DNA of 19,274 nucleotides from contig JAJHRB010000024.1 in the NCBI GenBank assembly GCA_020833025.1, positions 1 to 19,274 on the forward strand, written 5' to 3'. The stretch comes from Thermoproteaceae archaeon (GTDB lineage Archaea; Thermoproteota; Thermoprotei; Thermoproteales; Thermoproteaceae). Positions 8,742-15,669 of the stretch are shown piece by piece (the stretch's first letter is position 1; each line of letters begins with the position of its first letter). The position numbers were made by a program, and so were the translations under genes. The notes under the pieces are model-generated. The model ran no database searches, had not been told where the DNA came from, and saw nothing but the letters and a program-made list of their open reading frames with translations.

Positions 8742-9680
8742 CTATTTTACTATAACAAAAGTGTAGCGCCTGCAGACGCCCCTCAGCGCGCACTCATCAC
8801 ACCTTAAGGCCCTGCAGTACCTGTATCCTATCTCGTGCGCCCCGCGCTCGTAAAGCACGGGGTCTCCGCTTATCTTGCCCACATACCTCACAAGCCCCCT
8901 GACACTCTCGAGCCTCATCACGACGTTCTCGCGGCACTTGGAGCCGCCCCGAACTTCGCAGACCAGCCTCCTGGCAATTCTGGCTCTGGCTCTCTCTGAG
9001 GTTGACGTCATCACGTCCTCAAACGCGCCGGACCTCAGCGTCACGAGCGCCGTGTATATGTCGCCGTGAAGTATGTACTTCTTACACTCCTGGCCGTACG
9101 CTATCCTGAAGGCTAGCGGTATGTTCGTGTCGTGTATGAACAGACGGAGGAAGAGCTTCACGCCGCGCCTCACGCCGCTGCCGCCGAGACCTCTGAAGAG
9201 CGCGCGCCTGATGCTCTCCTCGAACTCTGAAATTCTCTTCTGCCTGACTATCCACAGCTGGGGGGACTTGTACTTCCTGGTTATAATATTCAGAGCTCTC
9301 GCAGTGGCAAAGATCGCACTATTGCTGGCATCCCTGTCGAAGCCTGCCTCCTCCATGGCCCTCCTGACCCTCGACGCCGAGAAGGCGTCATACACGTGCT
9401 TCTCAAACGACGCTGCGAGTCTTGCGAGCTCCTCGCCGCCGAGCGCCCTGCGGGCGCTCAGCGCAGAGACGAGCATTATGTAAGCTATCAGCAGGTCCAG
9501 CCCTCTCACACTAGAAATGCTGGACACCAGCGCCTCAAAGTTGTTCTTGTACGTGCGCACAATAGACCTTACTTGCTCGACAAGTGTGCTGTAGCTCGGA
9601 GTAAGGCTCTCCAATACCCTGTCCCTGACGGACATCCCGAGCTCGACAATACTCCTCCTCGCCTTCCCGGCGGCGCGCAT
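8742..9680 (-). CDS. Hypothetical protein, HhH-GPD/EndoIII-like with C-terminal four-Cys Fe-S loop
   Basis: FRGLGG..VRRGVKLFLR (HhH-like), GDIYTALVTLRSG (aligns with vDxHvxRvxxRlG), C-terminal Cx4Cx2Cx5C. ATG 9680 lies 22 nt below TTTTTAAC (9703-9710). Confidence 0.75.
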   Translation of the reverse strand: MRAAGKARRSIVELGMSVRDRVLESLTPSYSTLVEQVRSIVRTYKNNFEALVSSISSVRGLDLLIAYIMLVSALSARRALGGEELARLAASFEKHVYDAFSASRVRRAMEEAGFDRDASNSAIFATARALNIITRKYKSPQLWIVRQKRISEFEESIRRALFRGLGGSGVRRGVKLFLRLFIHDTNIPLAFRIAYGQECKKYILHGDIYTALVTLRSGAFEDVMTSTSERARARIARRLVCEVRGGSKCRENVVMRLESVRGLVRYVGKISGDPVLYERGAHEIGYRYCRALRCDECALRGVCRRYTFVIVK

Positions 9681-9744
9681 GGGCGGAGACGTAGAAGTGG
9701 GAGTTAAAAAGGCGGCAAGTCCCCTGCAGCCCGAGCCTGCCGCG

Positions 9745-10566
9745 TTACTTTGCCAGCCTGTCTCTGTACATTTCAATTATCCTGTCTACCGCCGAGAGTA
9801 TTGCCCTGGACGTCTCGCTGTCTCTGCTCATGAACTCGTGAAGTCTCCCGCTGTCAAGGTACTGCGACAGCTCTGGGTCTATTGGAATGCCGCCGAGAAA
9901 CGGCACTCCAGCCTCCTCCGCGATCCTCTTGCCGACGTCCCTCCCGAAGATGTAATATAGCTTGCCGTCGCCGGGGCACCTAAAGCAGCACATGTTCTCG
10001 ACTATGCCGGCCACCCGTATTCTGAGTCTGCGCGAGAAGTCTATCGCTTTTATTACAATTCTCCGCGAGATTTCAGTGGGAATCGTGACTATGATGCTTC
10101 CATCTATTGCGCCGTGCAGGCTCTGCGCTATTGTCAGCGGCGCGTCGCCGGTGCCAGGCGGCAAGTCGATAACGAGCGCGTCGATGAAACTCCACTTGAC
10201 ATTTGCCAAGAACTCGCGCAGGATCTTGTTTAGCAGTGGGGCTCTCCATATGACAGCCACGTCGTCTCCGGGCAGCAGGAAGTCAACTGACACGATCTTA
10301 ATGCCGAGCGGCCCCTCCACCGGCAGTATTCTCTTGTTTTCTTCGTCCGTCTGGAGCTGGCGGCTAGCAACGCCGAGCATTTTAGGGACCGTCGGGCCGT
10401 AAACGTCAGCGTCCAGCACGCCGACGCTGTAGCCGCGCATGGCGAGACCAATTGCAACAGAGGCGGAGACAAGCGACTTCCCGACGCCGCCCTTTCCTGA
10501 AATTGTAATGAGCTTTAACTTGACATCTTTAAATATATCGGCGAGACTCAGCTCGCTGCTCGTCAC
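9745..10566 (-). CDS. mrp: Mrp/NBP35 (ApbC) family Fe-S cluster carrier ATPase
   Basis: SGKGGVGKS deviant Walker A, DADVYGP, VIWRAP, IDLPPGTGD, GIVENM. TATA-like GTTTAATT at 10589-10596. Confidence 0.95.
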   Translation of the reverse strand: MTSSELSLADIFKDVKLKLITISGKGGVGKSLVSASVAIGLAMRGYSVGVLDADVYGPTVPKMLGVASRQLQTDEENKRILPVEGPLGIKIVSVDFLLPGDDVAVIWRAPLLNKILREFLANVKWSFIDALVIDLPPGTGDAPLTIAQSLHGAIDGSIIVTIPTEISRRIVIKAIDFSRRLRIRVAGIVENMCCFRCPGDGKLYYIFGRDVGKRIAEEAGVPFLGGIPIDPELSQYLDSGRLHEFMSRDSETSRAILSAVDRIIEMYRDRLAK

Positions 10567-10606
10567 GGCTCAATACGATGCAAGAAGCAATTAAACCTGC
10601 AGTGCC

Positions 10607-11203
10607 TCAAGAGCCGGCGCGGAGCCACTGCTCAAAGCCCCGCCTCAGCAGTGACACGCCGAGCGCCACGCACAGCAGCAGCATTATTTTTTCAATCACC
10701 CGGAGCCCGATAACGCCGAGAATTCTGAGGAGCGGCTCTGACGCCGCTAGGGTCGCTAGACTGAGCGCGGAGACTGCCGCTACCACGAGCAGCGTGAAGA
10801 GGGGGCCCGCGCTCCCGCTTAACAGCACGACGTAGGAGATCGAGGCCGGTCCGGCCAGAAACGGCACTGCCAGCGGCACCACTGCAATCTCCAGGCCGCC
10901 GGAAACAACTCTCTGCTCGTACGGCCTCAGCAGATAGTACAGTGAGAAAGTAGAGAGCACTAGACCGCACGCAATTACAAAATCGCCTATGCTTATGCCG
11001 AATACTCTCAAAAGCTCCGTGCCGAAAAGCGAGAACACGGCCAGTATGCCCGCCGCGACGAGCACCGACAGCTTGAGCGTCCTGTGCCTCTGCTCTCTCT
11101 CCATTCGCGATGTAATGGCAATGAATAGCGGTATATTGCCAATCGGGTCCACGAGCACGTAAAGCATCATAACGGATGAGAGGAAGTCCGTCAGGACGGT
11201 CAT
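10607..11203 (-). CDS. MarC-family integral membrane protein
   Basis: VDPIGNIPLF, FGISIGDF..A.GLVL, VVPLAVPFLAGP, IEKIMLLL.VALGV; about six hydrophobic segments. Alternative GTG start at 11209. Confidence 0.93.
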   Translation of the reverse strand: MTVLTDFLSSVMMLYVLVDPIGNIPLFIAITSRMEREQRHRTLKLSVLVAAGILAVFSLFGTELLRVFGISIGDFVIACGLVLSTFSLYYLLRPYEQRVVSGGLEIAVVPLAVPFLAGPASISYVVLLSGSAGPLFTLLVVAAVSALSLATLAASEPLLRILGVIGLRVIEKIMLLLCVALGVSLLRRGFEQWLRAGS

Positions 11204-11254
11204 CAGCACCCAAATTCTTGCATCATTATATTGTTATTTCTACTCAGCGATGGC

Positions 11255-11334
11255 AGGCCCTCCTCACTCAAGAGCTGGGACTGGGGCGCGTATTTATTTG
11301 CTACAGCCCCGCGCCCCTCAGGTGAGGAGGACCT
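11255..11334 (-). other. Long two-tier stem-loop downstream of rpl37e (candidate structured RNA)
   Basis: Outer 13-bp stem 11255-11267/11322-11334 (the single C.A mismatch on + becomes G.U on -) and an inner perfect 8-bp stem 11283-11290/11310-11317. Confidence 0.55.
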
Positions 11335-11339
11335 CCAGA

Positions 11340-11498
11340 CTACCTTGCCCAGTTGTACTTCCGCCAGCGTCTCGACCTGCCCCAGCCGCAGGAGGCGCAA
11401 TATTTTTTAGATACATTGTAGGAGTGCCGTCCGCACCTGGGGCACCTTATGTGGGCCTTCCCCCTGCCATGTTTGCCCATTGACGGCGTGCCCTTCAC
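11340..11498 (-). CDS. rpl37e: 50S ribosomal protein L37e (absent from the ORF track, 52 aa)
   Basis: [55 protein letters not shown] overlaps the Sm stop; the Sm-L37e linkage is typical of archaea. Confidence 0.97.
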   Translation of the reverse strand: MKGTPSMGKHGRGKAHIRCPRCGRHSYNVSKKYCASCGWGRSRRWRKYNWAR

Positions 11499-11737
11499 GT
11501 CACCGGTGAGATGAGCAGCACGTTCTCGCCCCTTATTACAATCGTGCCGCGCTTGTGCGCCACTCCGTTTACGATCTCCTCGGCATTGTCCAGCAGCAGG
11601 TTGACGTGCTGGTCAAATGAGCGCAAGACGCCCCGAATCTCATAGTTGTCGCGCAGTTTCACGAGCACAACCTTCCCTATTGCGTCCTGCAGTACGGCTC
11701 CTAGTGTTGCAAAACACCTGGACGCGTCTGACGCCAT
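11495..11737 (-). CDS. Sm-like archaeal protein SmAP1 (Lsm)
   Basis: Sm1 motif ([23 protein letters not shown]) and Sm2 motif (IRGENV). TATA CTTATATG at 11757-11764. Confidence 0.96.
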   Translation of the reverse strand: MASDASRCFATLGAVLQDAIGKVVLVKLRDNYEIRGVLRSFDQHVNLLLDNAEEIVNGVAHKRGTIVIRGENVLLISPVT

Positions 11738-11809
11738 GTCGGCGCAGTGAGGGAGGCATATAAGCGTTTCCCTCGGCGAAGTTTAAAATACGCGCGGGAG
11801 GGACCGCGC

Positions 11810-12115
11810 GTGGACATACTAGTCGAACAGGTAATGAGGGATCTCAAGTCCCGCGGGTTTAAGATCGTGGAGAGCTTTAACGAGGGCACGTTCATTGCCG
11901 AGAAGAAGGACAAGTATCTATTCTATGTGATGGTGGAGGGCGTCGAGGTCACAGTACAGGCGTTACTAGATGTTATTAACATGGGCGAGACACTGTCAGT
12001 GCCCGTTGTGCTCGCACTTGTGAGCAATGATGGTACTGTTACCTACTACTTCGCCAGAAGAGTGAGACTGCCGCGCAATGTGCGCGCCAGCCCGCTCGCC
12101 AAGAGCGAGGCCTAG
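11810..12115 (+). CDS. tRNA splicing endonuclease structural (beta) subunit
   Basis: DLKSRGFKI...FIAEKKDKYLFYVMVEG...VVLALVSNDGTVTYY matches the Pyrobaculum structural subunit encoded next to SmAP1. GTG 11810 lies 20 nt below TTTAAAAT (11782-11789). Confidence 0.88.
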   Translation: MDILVEQVMRDLKSRGFKIVESFNEGTFIAEKKDKYLFYVMVEGVEVTVQALLDVINMGETLSVPVVLALVSNDGTVTYYFARRVRLPRNVRASPLAKSEA

Positions 12116-12199
12116 CGCGCCCGCTCCCTGCTTGCCGAGACGAAAAGACGGAAACGGCGGCGGAAACCCTCATAAAACCGGACGTCGTGTCAGTGCGGC

Positions 12200-12502
12200 A
12201 TGCTGGGGGGTCTCGAGCGACTAATTGAGGTATCCAGAGGTCTCAGAGTGCGCTTTATACTCTACTTTGTCAAGTGCAGGGGCCGCGTGGGAGTTGACAG
12301 GGAGATTAGAGCACTCGACGAAGAGAACAGGCCGGCGCCGTGGGCGCGCGTATTTCCCGGAATCTCGCCCCAGAGCGTGATACAGCAGTGCGCACTCAAG
12401 AGAGTTGAGGCATACCGCGGCGGGGAGCTGATCGGCGAGTGGAAGACCATTGAGGAAGCAATTGCCGCGCTTACGAGGCCCCGTCTCCCGCGGCCCTCCT
12501 GA
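12200..12502 (+). CDS. Hypothetical protein
   Basis: 100 aa with globular composition; CATAAAA at 12171-12177, 22 nt upstream. The 3' end overlaps the convergent PUA gene by 32 nt. Confidence 0.75.
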   Translation: MLGGLERLIEVSRGLRVRFILYFVKCRGRVGVDREIRALDEENRPAPWARVFPGISPQSVIQQCALKRVEAYRGGELIGEWKTIEEAIAALTRPRLPRPS

Positions 12503-12920
12503 CCCGAATAGCGTAGCCCCTCCCCAGTGAGAGCTCCCTGATGCCGTAAACTAGCCTCCCGACGGCCACGATGTTGCCGTCTGGGTCCGCCACGACAACC
12601 TCGCAATTTGGCCTCGCGTCCCCGGGCACGCCGAGCACGCACTTGGCGGGTACGTTACGCCCGGACCTCGCGTGCAAGGCGGCCGCGCGGCTCACGAGCA
12701 CAACGCGCGTCCTCAAAAACCTCGCGCCGTGGAGCGTCGGGAGCAGATAGCCGTCATTATTGCGCAGCACAAAGGCAACCTCACCGTCCACTAAGACGCG
12801 CTTAATCCGCCCGTCCCTGTTGCGCTCGACCTCCATCCTGCGGCCGCGCAGGGCCTCTGCCGTCTCGCGTCCGTATAGATATGCTATAACAGTCAGGGCC
12901 TCGTTTTCGGCACCGCGCAT
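12471..12920 (-). CDS. Stand-alone TGT-C2/PUA RNA-binding domain protein
   Basis: GRIKRV.VDG...FVLRNNDG.LLPTL.GA followed by PUA motifs GRNVPAK.V and EVVVAD..G..VAVG. ATG 12920 chosen from TATA spacing. Confidence 0.85.
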   Translation of the reverse strand: MRGAENEALTVIAYLYGRETAEALRGRRMEVERNRDGRIKRVLVDGEVAFVLRNNDGYLLPTLHGARFLRTRVVLVSRAAALHARSGRNVPAKCVLGVPGDARPNCEVVVADPDGNIVAVGRLVYGIRELSLGRGYAIRVRRAAGDGAS

Positions 12921-12941
12921 GTCGGCTGCGCGAGTACAGAG

Positions 12942-12949
12942 CATAAAAA
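12942..12949. promoter_or_regulatory. Probable bidirectional TATA box shared by the PUA gene and mbf1
   Basis: CATAAAAA (+)/TTTTTATG (-), exactly 21 nt from both ATG 12920 and ATG 12971. Confidence 0.6.
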
Positions 12950-12970
12950 CCAAGAGTGCGAGTACCTGCG

Positions 12971-13429
12971 ATGCATTGCGAGATCTGCGGCAGCGAGATC
13001 CGGGGCGAGCCCGCGGCAGTAGAGGTCGACAAGGCGGTGCTCTACGTGTGCTCCCGCTGTGCTGCAATTTACGGCAAGCGGGCGCTCCGGCAGCAGTATA
13101 GGCAGGCACCGCCGGCAGCCACGCCGCGGCCGCGCCGCGAGCCCGTCAGTGTCGAGATAGTGGAGAACTTCGGCGAGGTGGTGAGAGCCGCGAGAGAGAG
13201 CCTCGGCCTCTCCAGGGAGGCCCTCGCGGCAATGCTCGGGGTGAAGGAAAGCGTGCTCAGGAGGGTAGAGGCGGGGCAGCTACAGCCCGATGTGAGCCTG
13301 GCGAGAAAGCTGGAGAGAGTGCTTAGGGTGAGGCTACTTGTCAGAGAGCACGAGGGGGGCCAGCCCGAGAGCGGCGCCGTGAGGAGGGAGCTGACACTCG
13401 GCGAGGTAGCAGAAATACGCGAGGAGTAA
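12971..13429 (+). CDS. mbf1: Archaeal multiprotein bridging factor 1 (Zn ribbon + HTH)
   Basis: CEICG...VC..CA Zn ribbon; IVENFG..VRAARE..GLSRE.LA..LG.KES.LRRVEAG.L.P HTH; LTLGEV. Confidence 0.93.
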   Translation: MHCEICGSEIRGEPAAVEVDKAVLYVCSRCAAIYGKRALRQQYRQAPPAATPRPRREPVSVEIVENFGEVVRAARESLGLSREALAAMLGVKESVLRRVEAGQLQPDVSLARKLERVLRVRLLVREHEGGQPESGAVRRELTLGEVAEIREE

Positions 13430-13515
13430 TGCGGCCGGCCGCGCCGACGTGCCGCGCGCCGGCAGCCGCCGGGGCCGCGAGTAAGACAGCCGGCCTGGAG
13501 AGGAGACGCGGCGGC

Positions 13516-14697
13516 ATGCGCGCACTGCTGGCCTACGTGGGCCCGAGGCTGCACAACCTCAGCTACAAGCTGAGCGAGTTCAAGGCACTCGCCGAGTCGG
13601 CGGGATTCTGCGTAGTCGACATTGCGGTCCAGTACGGCAGACCCGACGGTAGGTTTTACCTGGGCCCCGGCAAGGCGCGCGAAATTGCGGGCAGGAGCTT
13701 CGACACGCTCATCGCCTACCACAGCCTAACGCCCCTTCAGGTCTTCAATCTTGAGAGGCTCCTCAATCGAAGGGTGCTCGACAGAGTCGCCGTCATACTG
13801 ACCATTTTTGAGGGGCGGGCTGGCAGCATCGAGTCCAAGCTCCAGATAGAGCTGGCGAGACTGAGGTGCGAGCTGCCCAGAGTCAGAGAGTATCTGAGAA
13901 GGGCCAAGATGGGGGAGCAGATCGGCTTCAAGGGGGCCGGCGAGTACGCCATAGACGCCTATTACCGTCACCTCGTCTTACGGATGTCGGCCATCAGGCG
14001 GAGACTGGAAAAGGTCAGAAGGGCAAGGGCGCTGCGCGCCGCGAGGCGGAGGGAGGCGGGAGTCCCCGAGGTTGTTATCACAGGCTACACTAGCGCGGGC
14101 AAGACCACGCTCTTCAACGCGCTGACGCGCGAGTCCAAATTCGTCGACGGCAGGCCCTTCGCGACTCTCGATGCTTACAGCAGGGCGCTAGACCTCTGGG
14201 GCAAGAGAGTTGTAGTCACGGACACAATAGGCTTTATCGACGACCTGCCGCCAGTGCTCATAGAATCATTTCACTCGACTCTCCAGGAGATTGCAGATGC
14301 AGACGTTGCGCTCCTGGTTATCGATGCCTCCGAGCCTCACGAGGAGGTGGCGCGCAAGCTGAAGACATCCGTCGAGATCCTCAGCGAGCTGGGCATCGAC
14401 AGGAGCAAGGTAATTCCCGTGCTAAACAAGGTCGATAGAATCGGGGCGCGCGAGATACCGCGCGTCGGCAGCATAGTCAGGCAGTACTTCAGCTGGTTCG
14501 TCCCCATATCGGCGCTGACGGGGTTCGGTATCAACGCGCTGAAGGCTGCCATTTACATGAGGACTCCCGGAAATCCCGGCAGCGCCAGGAGGGCCCCTGT
14601 AGGCTGGGCAGCGTTCCGGCCCGCCTATCCACCTGCCTCCCTGCAGGGCCCCGAATCAGGGCTCCGCGTCAGAACCCCCGCGGCGCAGGGGTTCTGA
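13516..14697 (+). CDS. hflX: GTPase HflX
   Basis: FYLGPGK, KLQIELARL, GAGE; G1 GYTSAGKTT, G2 FATLD, G3 DTIG, G4 NKVD, G5 ISAL. Alternative ATG at 13429. The last ~40 aa look atypical. Confidence 0.95.
   Translation: MRALLAYVGPRLHNLSYKLSEFKALAESAGFCVVDIAVQYGRPDGRFYLGPGKAREIAGRSFDTLIAYHSLTPLQVFNLERLLNRRVLDRVAVILTIFEGRAGSIESKLQIELARLRCELPRVREYLRRAKMGEQIGFKGAGEYAIDAYYRHLVLRMSAIRRRLEKVRRARALRAARRREAGVPEVVITGYTSAGKTTLFNALTRESKFVDGRPFATLDAYSRALDLWGKRVVVTDTIGFIDDLPPVLIESFHSTLQEIADADVALLVIDASEPHEEVARKLKTSVEILSELGIDRSKVIPVLNKVDRIGAREIPRVGSIVRQYFSWFVPISALTGFGINALKAAIYMRTPGNPGSARRAPVGWAAFRPAYPPASLQGPESGLRVRTPAAQGF
14669..14697. repeat. Perfect 10-bp inverted repeat ending at the hflX stop
   Basis: TCAGAACCCC-CGCGGCGCA-GGGGTTCTGA. 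Confidence 0.7.
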
Positions 14698-15135
14698 ACA
14701 CAGAAGTCTGCTAGCAAGGCCCTGAAACGGGGAGCAGGCTCACCGCCCGGCCTGCCGGCTCCCGCCATGGAGGGGAGGGCGCGCAGGGCGCTCGCGCCCC
14801 CTTTCAGCTCCCGCCGGAGGTTCAGCAGAGATTCCGCCGGCGGGCTGGAGAGTGGGCAGGAGAGTGAGAATGCCGCTTGTACTTGACGCACAGCTGAGGC
14901 TGAATGACGAGAGGGGCGCGAGCTGCGGTGCCCTCGTTGATATTCCGAGGCGCGAGGTCAGGATATGCAAATCTTCAGGCGTAGAGTAAAGCACATCGGG
15001 CCGAGGCACGTTATCGCGGACAAGGGGTCGGTGAGGGAGCTCAAGCAGAGCGGCGGCTACCCGGCGGGGAGGAAGGCCCTTCTCAACCTCGGCGCGCTTG
15101 GGAGGAGAAGCCTGCACGCCCCCTCAACCCGGCAC

Positions 15136-15169
15136 CGCCCCGGCCCCCGGGAGCGGCGGGGCCGGGGCG
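15136..15169. repeat. Perfect 12-bp GC inverted repeat downstream of tRNA-Val
   Basis: CGCCCCGGCCCC-CGGGAGCGGC-GGGGCCGGGGCG. Confidence 0.7.
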
Positions 15170-15216
15170 CTCCTCAGCTCGTCAAGCTGTGCTGCTCGGC
15201 CCCGGCTGTGACGGAG

Positions 15217-15330
15217 TGGTGGGCCCGCCGGGATTTCTGGGCGGGCGCTGCCCGAACCCGGGTCGCCCGCGCGTGAGGCCTATGCAGGGCCGTAGAGCCC
15301 TTGGGCATCCTGCCGCTAGACTACGGGCCC
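15217..15330 (-). tRNA. tRNA-Val(CAC) with two introns (29/30: 15302-15280, 23 nt; 56/57: 15253-15237, 17 nt) and encoded CCA
   Basis: The spliced 74-nt product GGGCCCGTAGTCTAGCGGCAGGATGCCCGCCTCACGCGCGGGCGACCCGGGTTCAAATCCCGGCGGGCCCACCA folds into a full cloverleaf. Both introns have BHB-type junctions. Confidence 0.95.
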
Positions 15331-15350
15331 TGCCCCCGCCCGGGGGGCCG

Positions 15351-15358
15351 CTTTTAAG
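15351..15358 (-). promoter_or_regulatory. TATA box for tRNA-Val
   Basis: CTTAAAAG preceded by an A-rich BRE-like GATAAAA, 20 nt upstream of the tRNA 5' end. Confidence 0.7.
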
Positions 15359-15471
15359 TTTTATCGCACTTACGCGGCAATGCATGTCGTGGCGCGCATG
15401 ACCGCCAAGTATAACAGGTGTATTATAACAAGATCTTCGCCTGAGCTTAAATATGCTGCCTTCTTCGGAGC

Positions 15472-15669
15472 GTGTACAGAGTATTACTAAACCGCAAGGA
15501 GGGCAGAATTCTGGTCACGGGGAGGGAGGGCGATCTAAGACTGCTGGAGGAGGGGTGGGAGCTCGTCTATGAGTCATCGCGGTGGAGCGAGGCCTTTGCA
15601 TTTGCCATAGATGTTGCAAACGACGAAACCGTTGAGTGGTACTACGACGACTCAGTCAGTGGCTCATGA
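15472..15669 (+). CDS. Small acidic hypothetical protein (65 aa)
   Basis: GTG start 18 nt below CTTAAATA (15446-15453); protein-like sequence MYRVLLNRKEGRILVTG...VEWYYD. Confidence 0.8.
   Translation: MYRVLLNRKEGRILVTGREGDLRLLEEGWELVYESSRWSEAFAFAIDVANDETVEWYYDDSVSGS

Noticed and set aside
11188-11228. Minus-strand ATGATGC...CTGATGA...CTGA at the marC start
   Set aside because: Box spacing leaves only a ~5-nt second guide; not a viable C/D architecture.
11255-11334. Resemblance to the SRP Alu domain (GGGCGCGG..CUGUAG..AGUCCCAGCU)
   Set aside because: The interval is about 100 nt, bounded by genes, and has no S domain; treated as coincidence.
14590-14830. RNase P RNA or SRP RNA (ACAGAAG, UGAAACGG and AAGG-CCC-UGAAAC-GGG-GAGCAG resemble pieces of them)
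   Set aside because: There is no GAGGAA(A/G)NUCC CR-I or correctly ordered P4 pairing on either strand. The helix-8-like hairpin is out of register and no GNAR-capped helix 6 is present. An Infernal search would settle it.
14625-15401. ORF-track calls 14625-14891, 14740-15117, 14965-15276, 15182-15385 and 15189-15401 as genes
   Set aside because: Low-complexity products with no promoter spacing; several overlap the tRNA.
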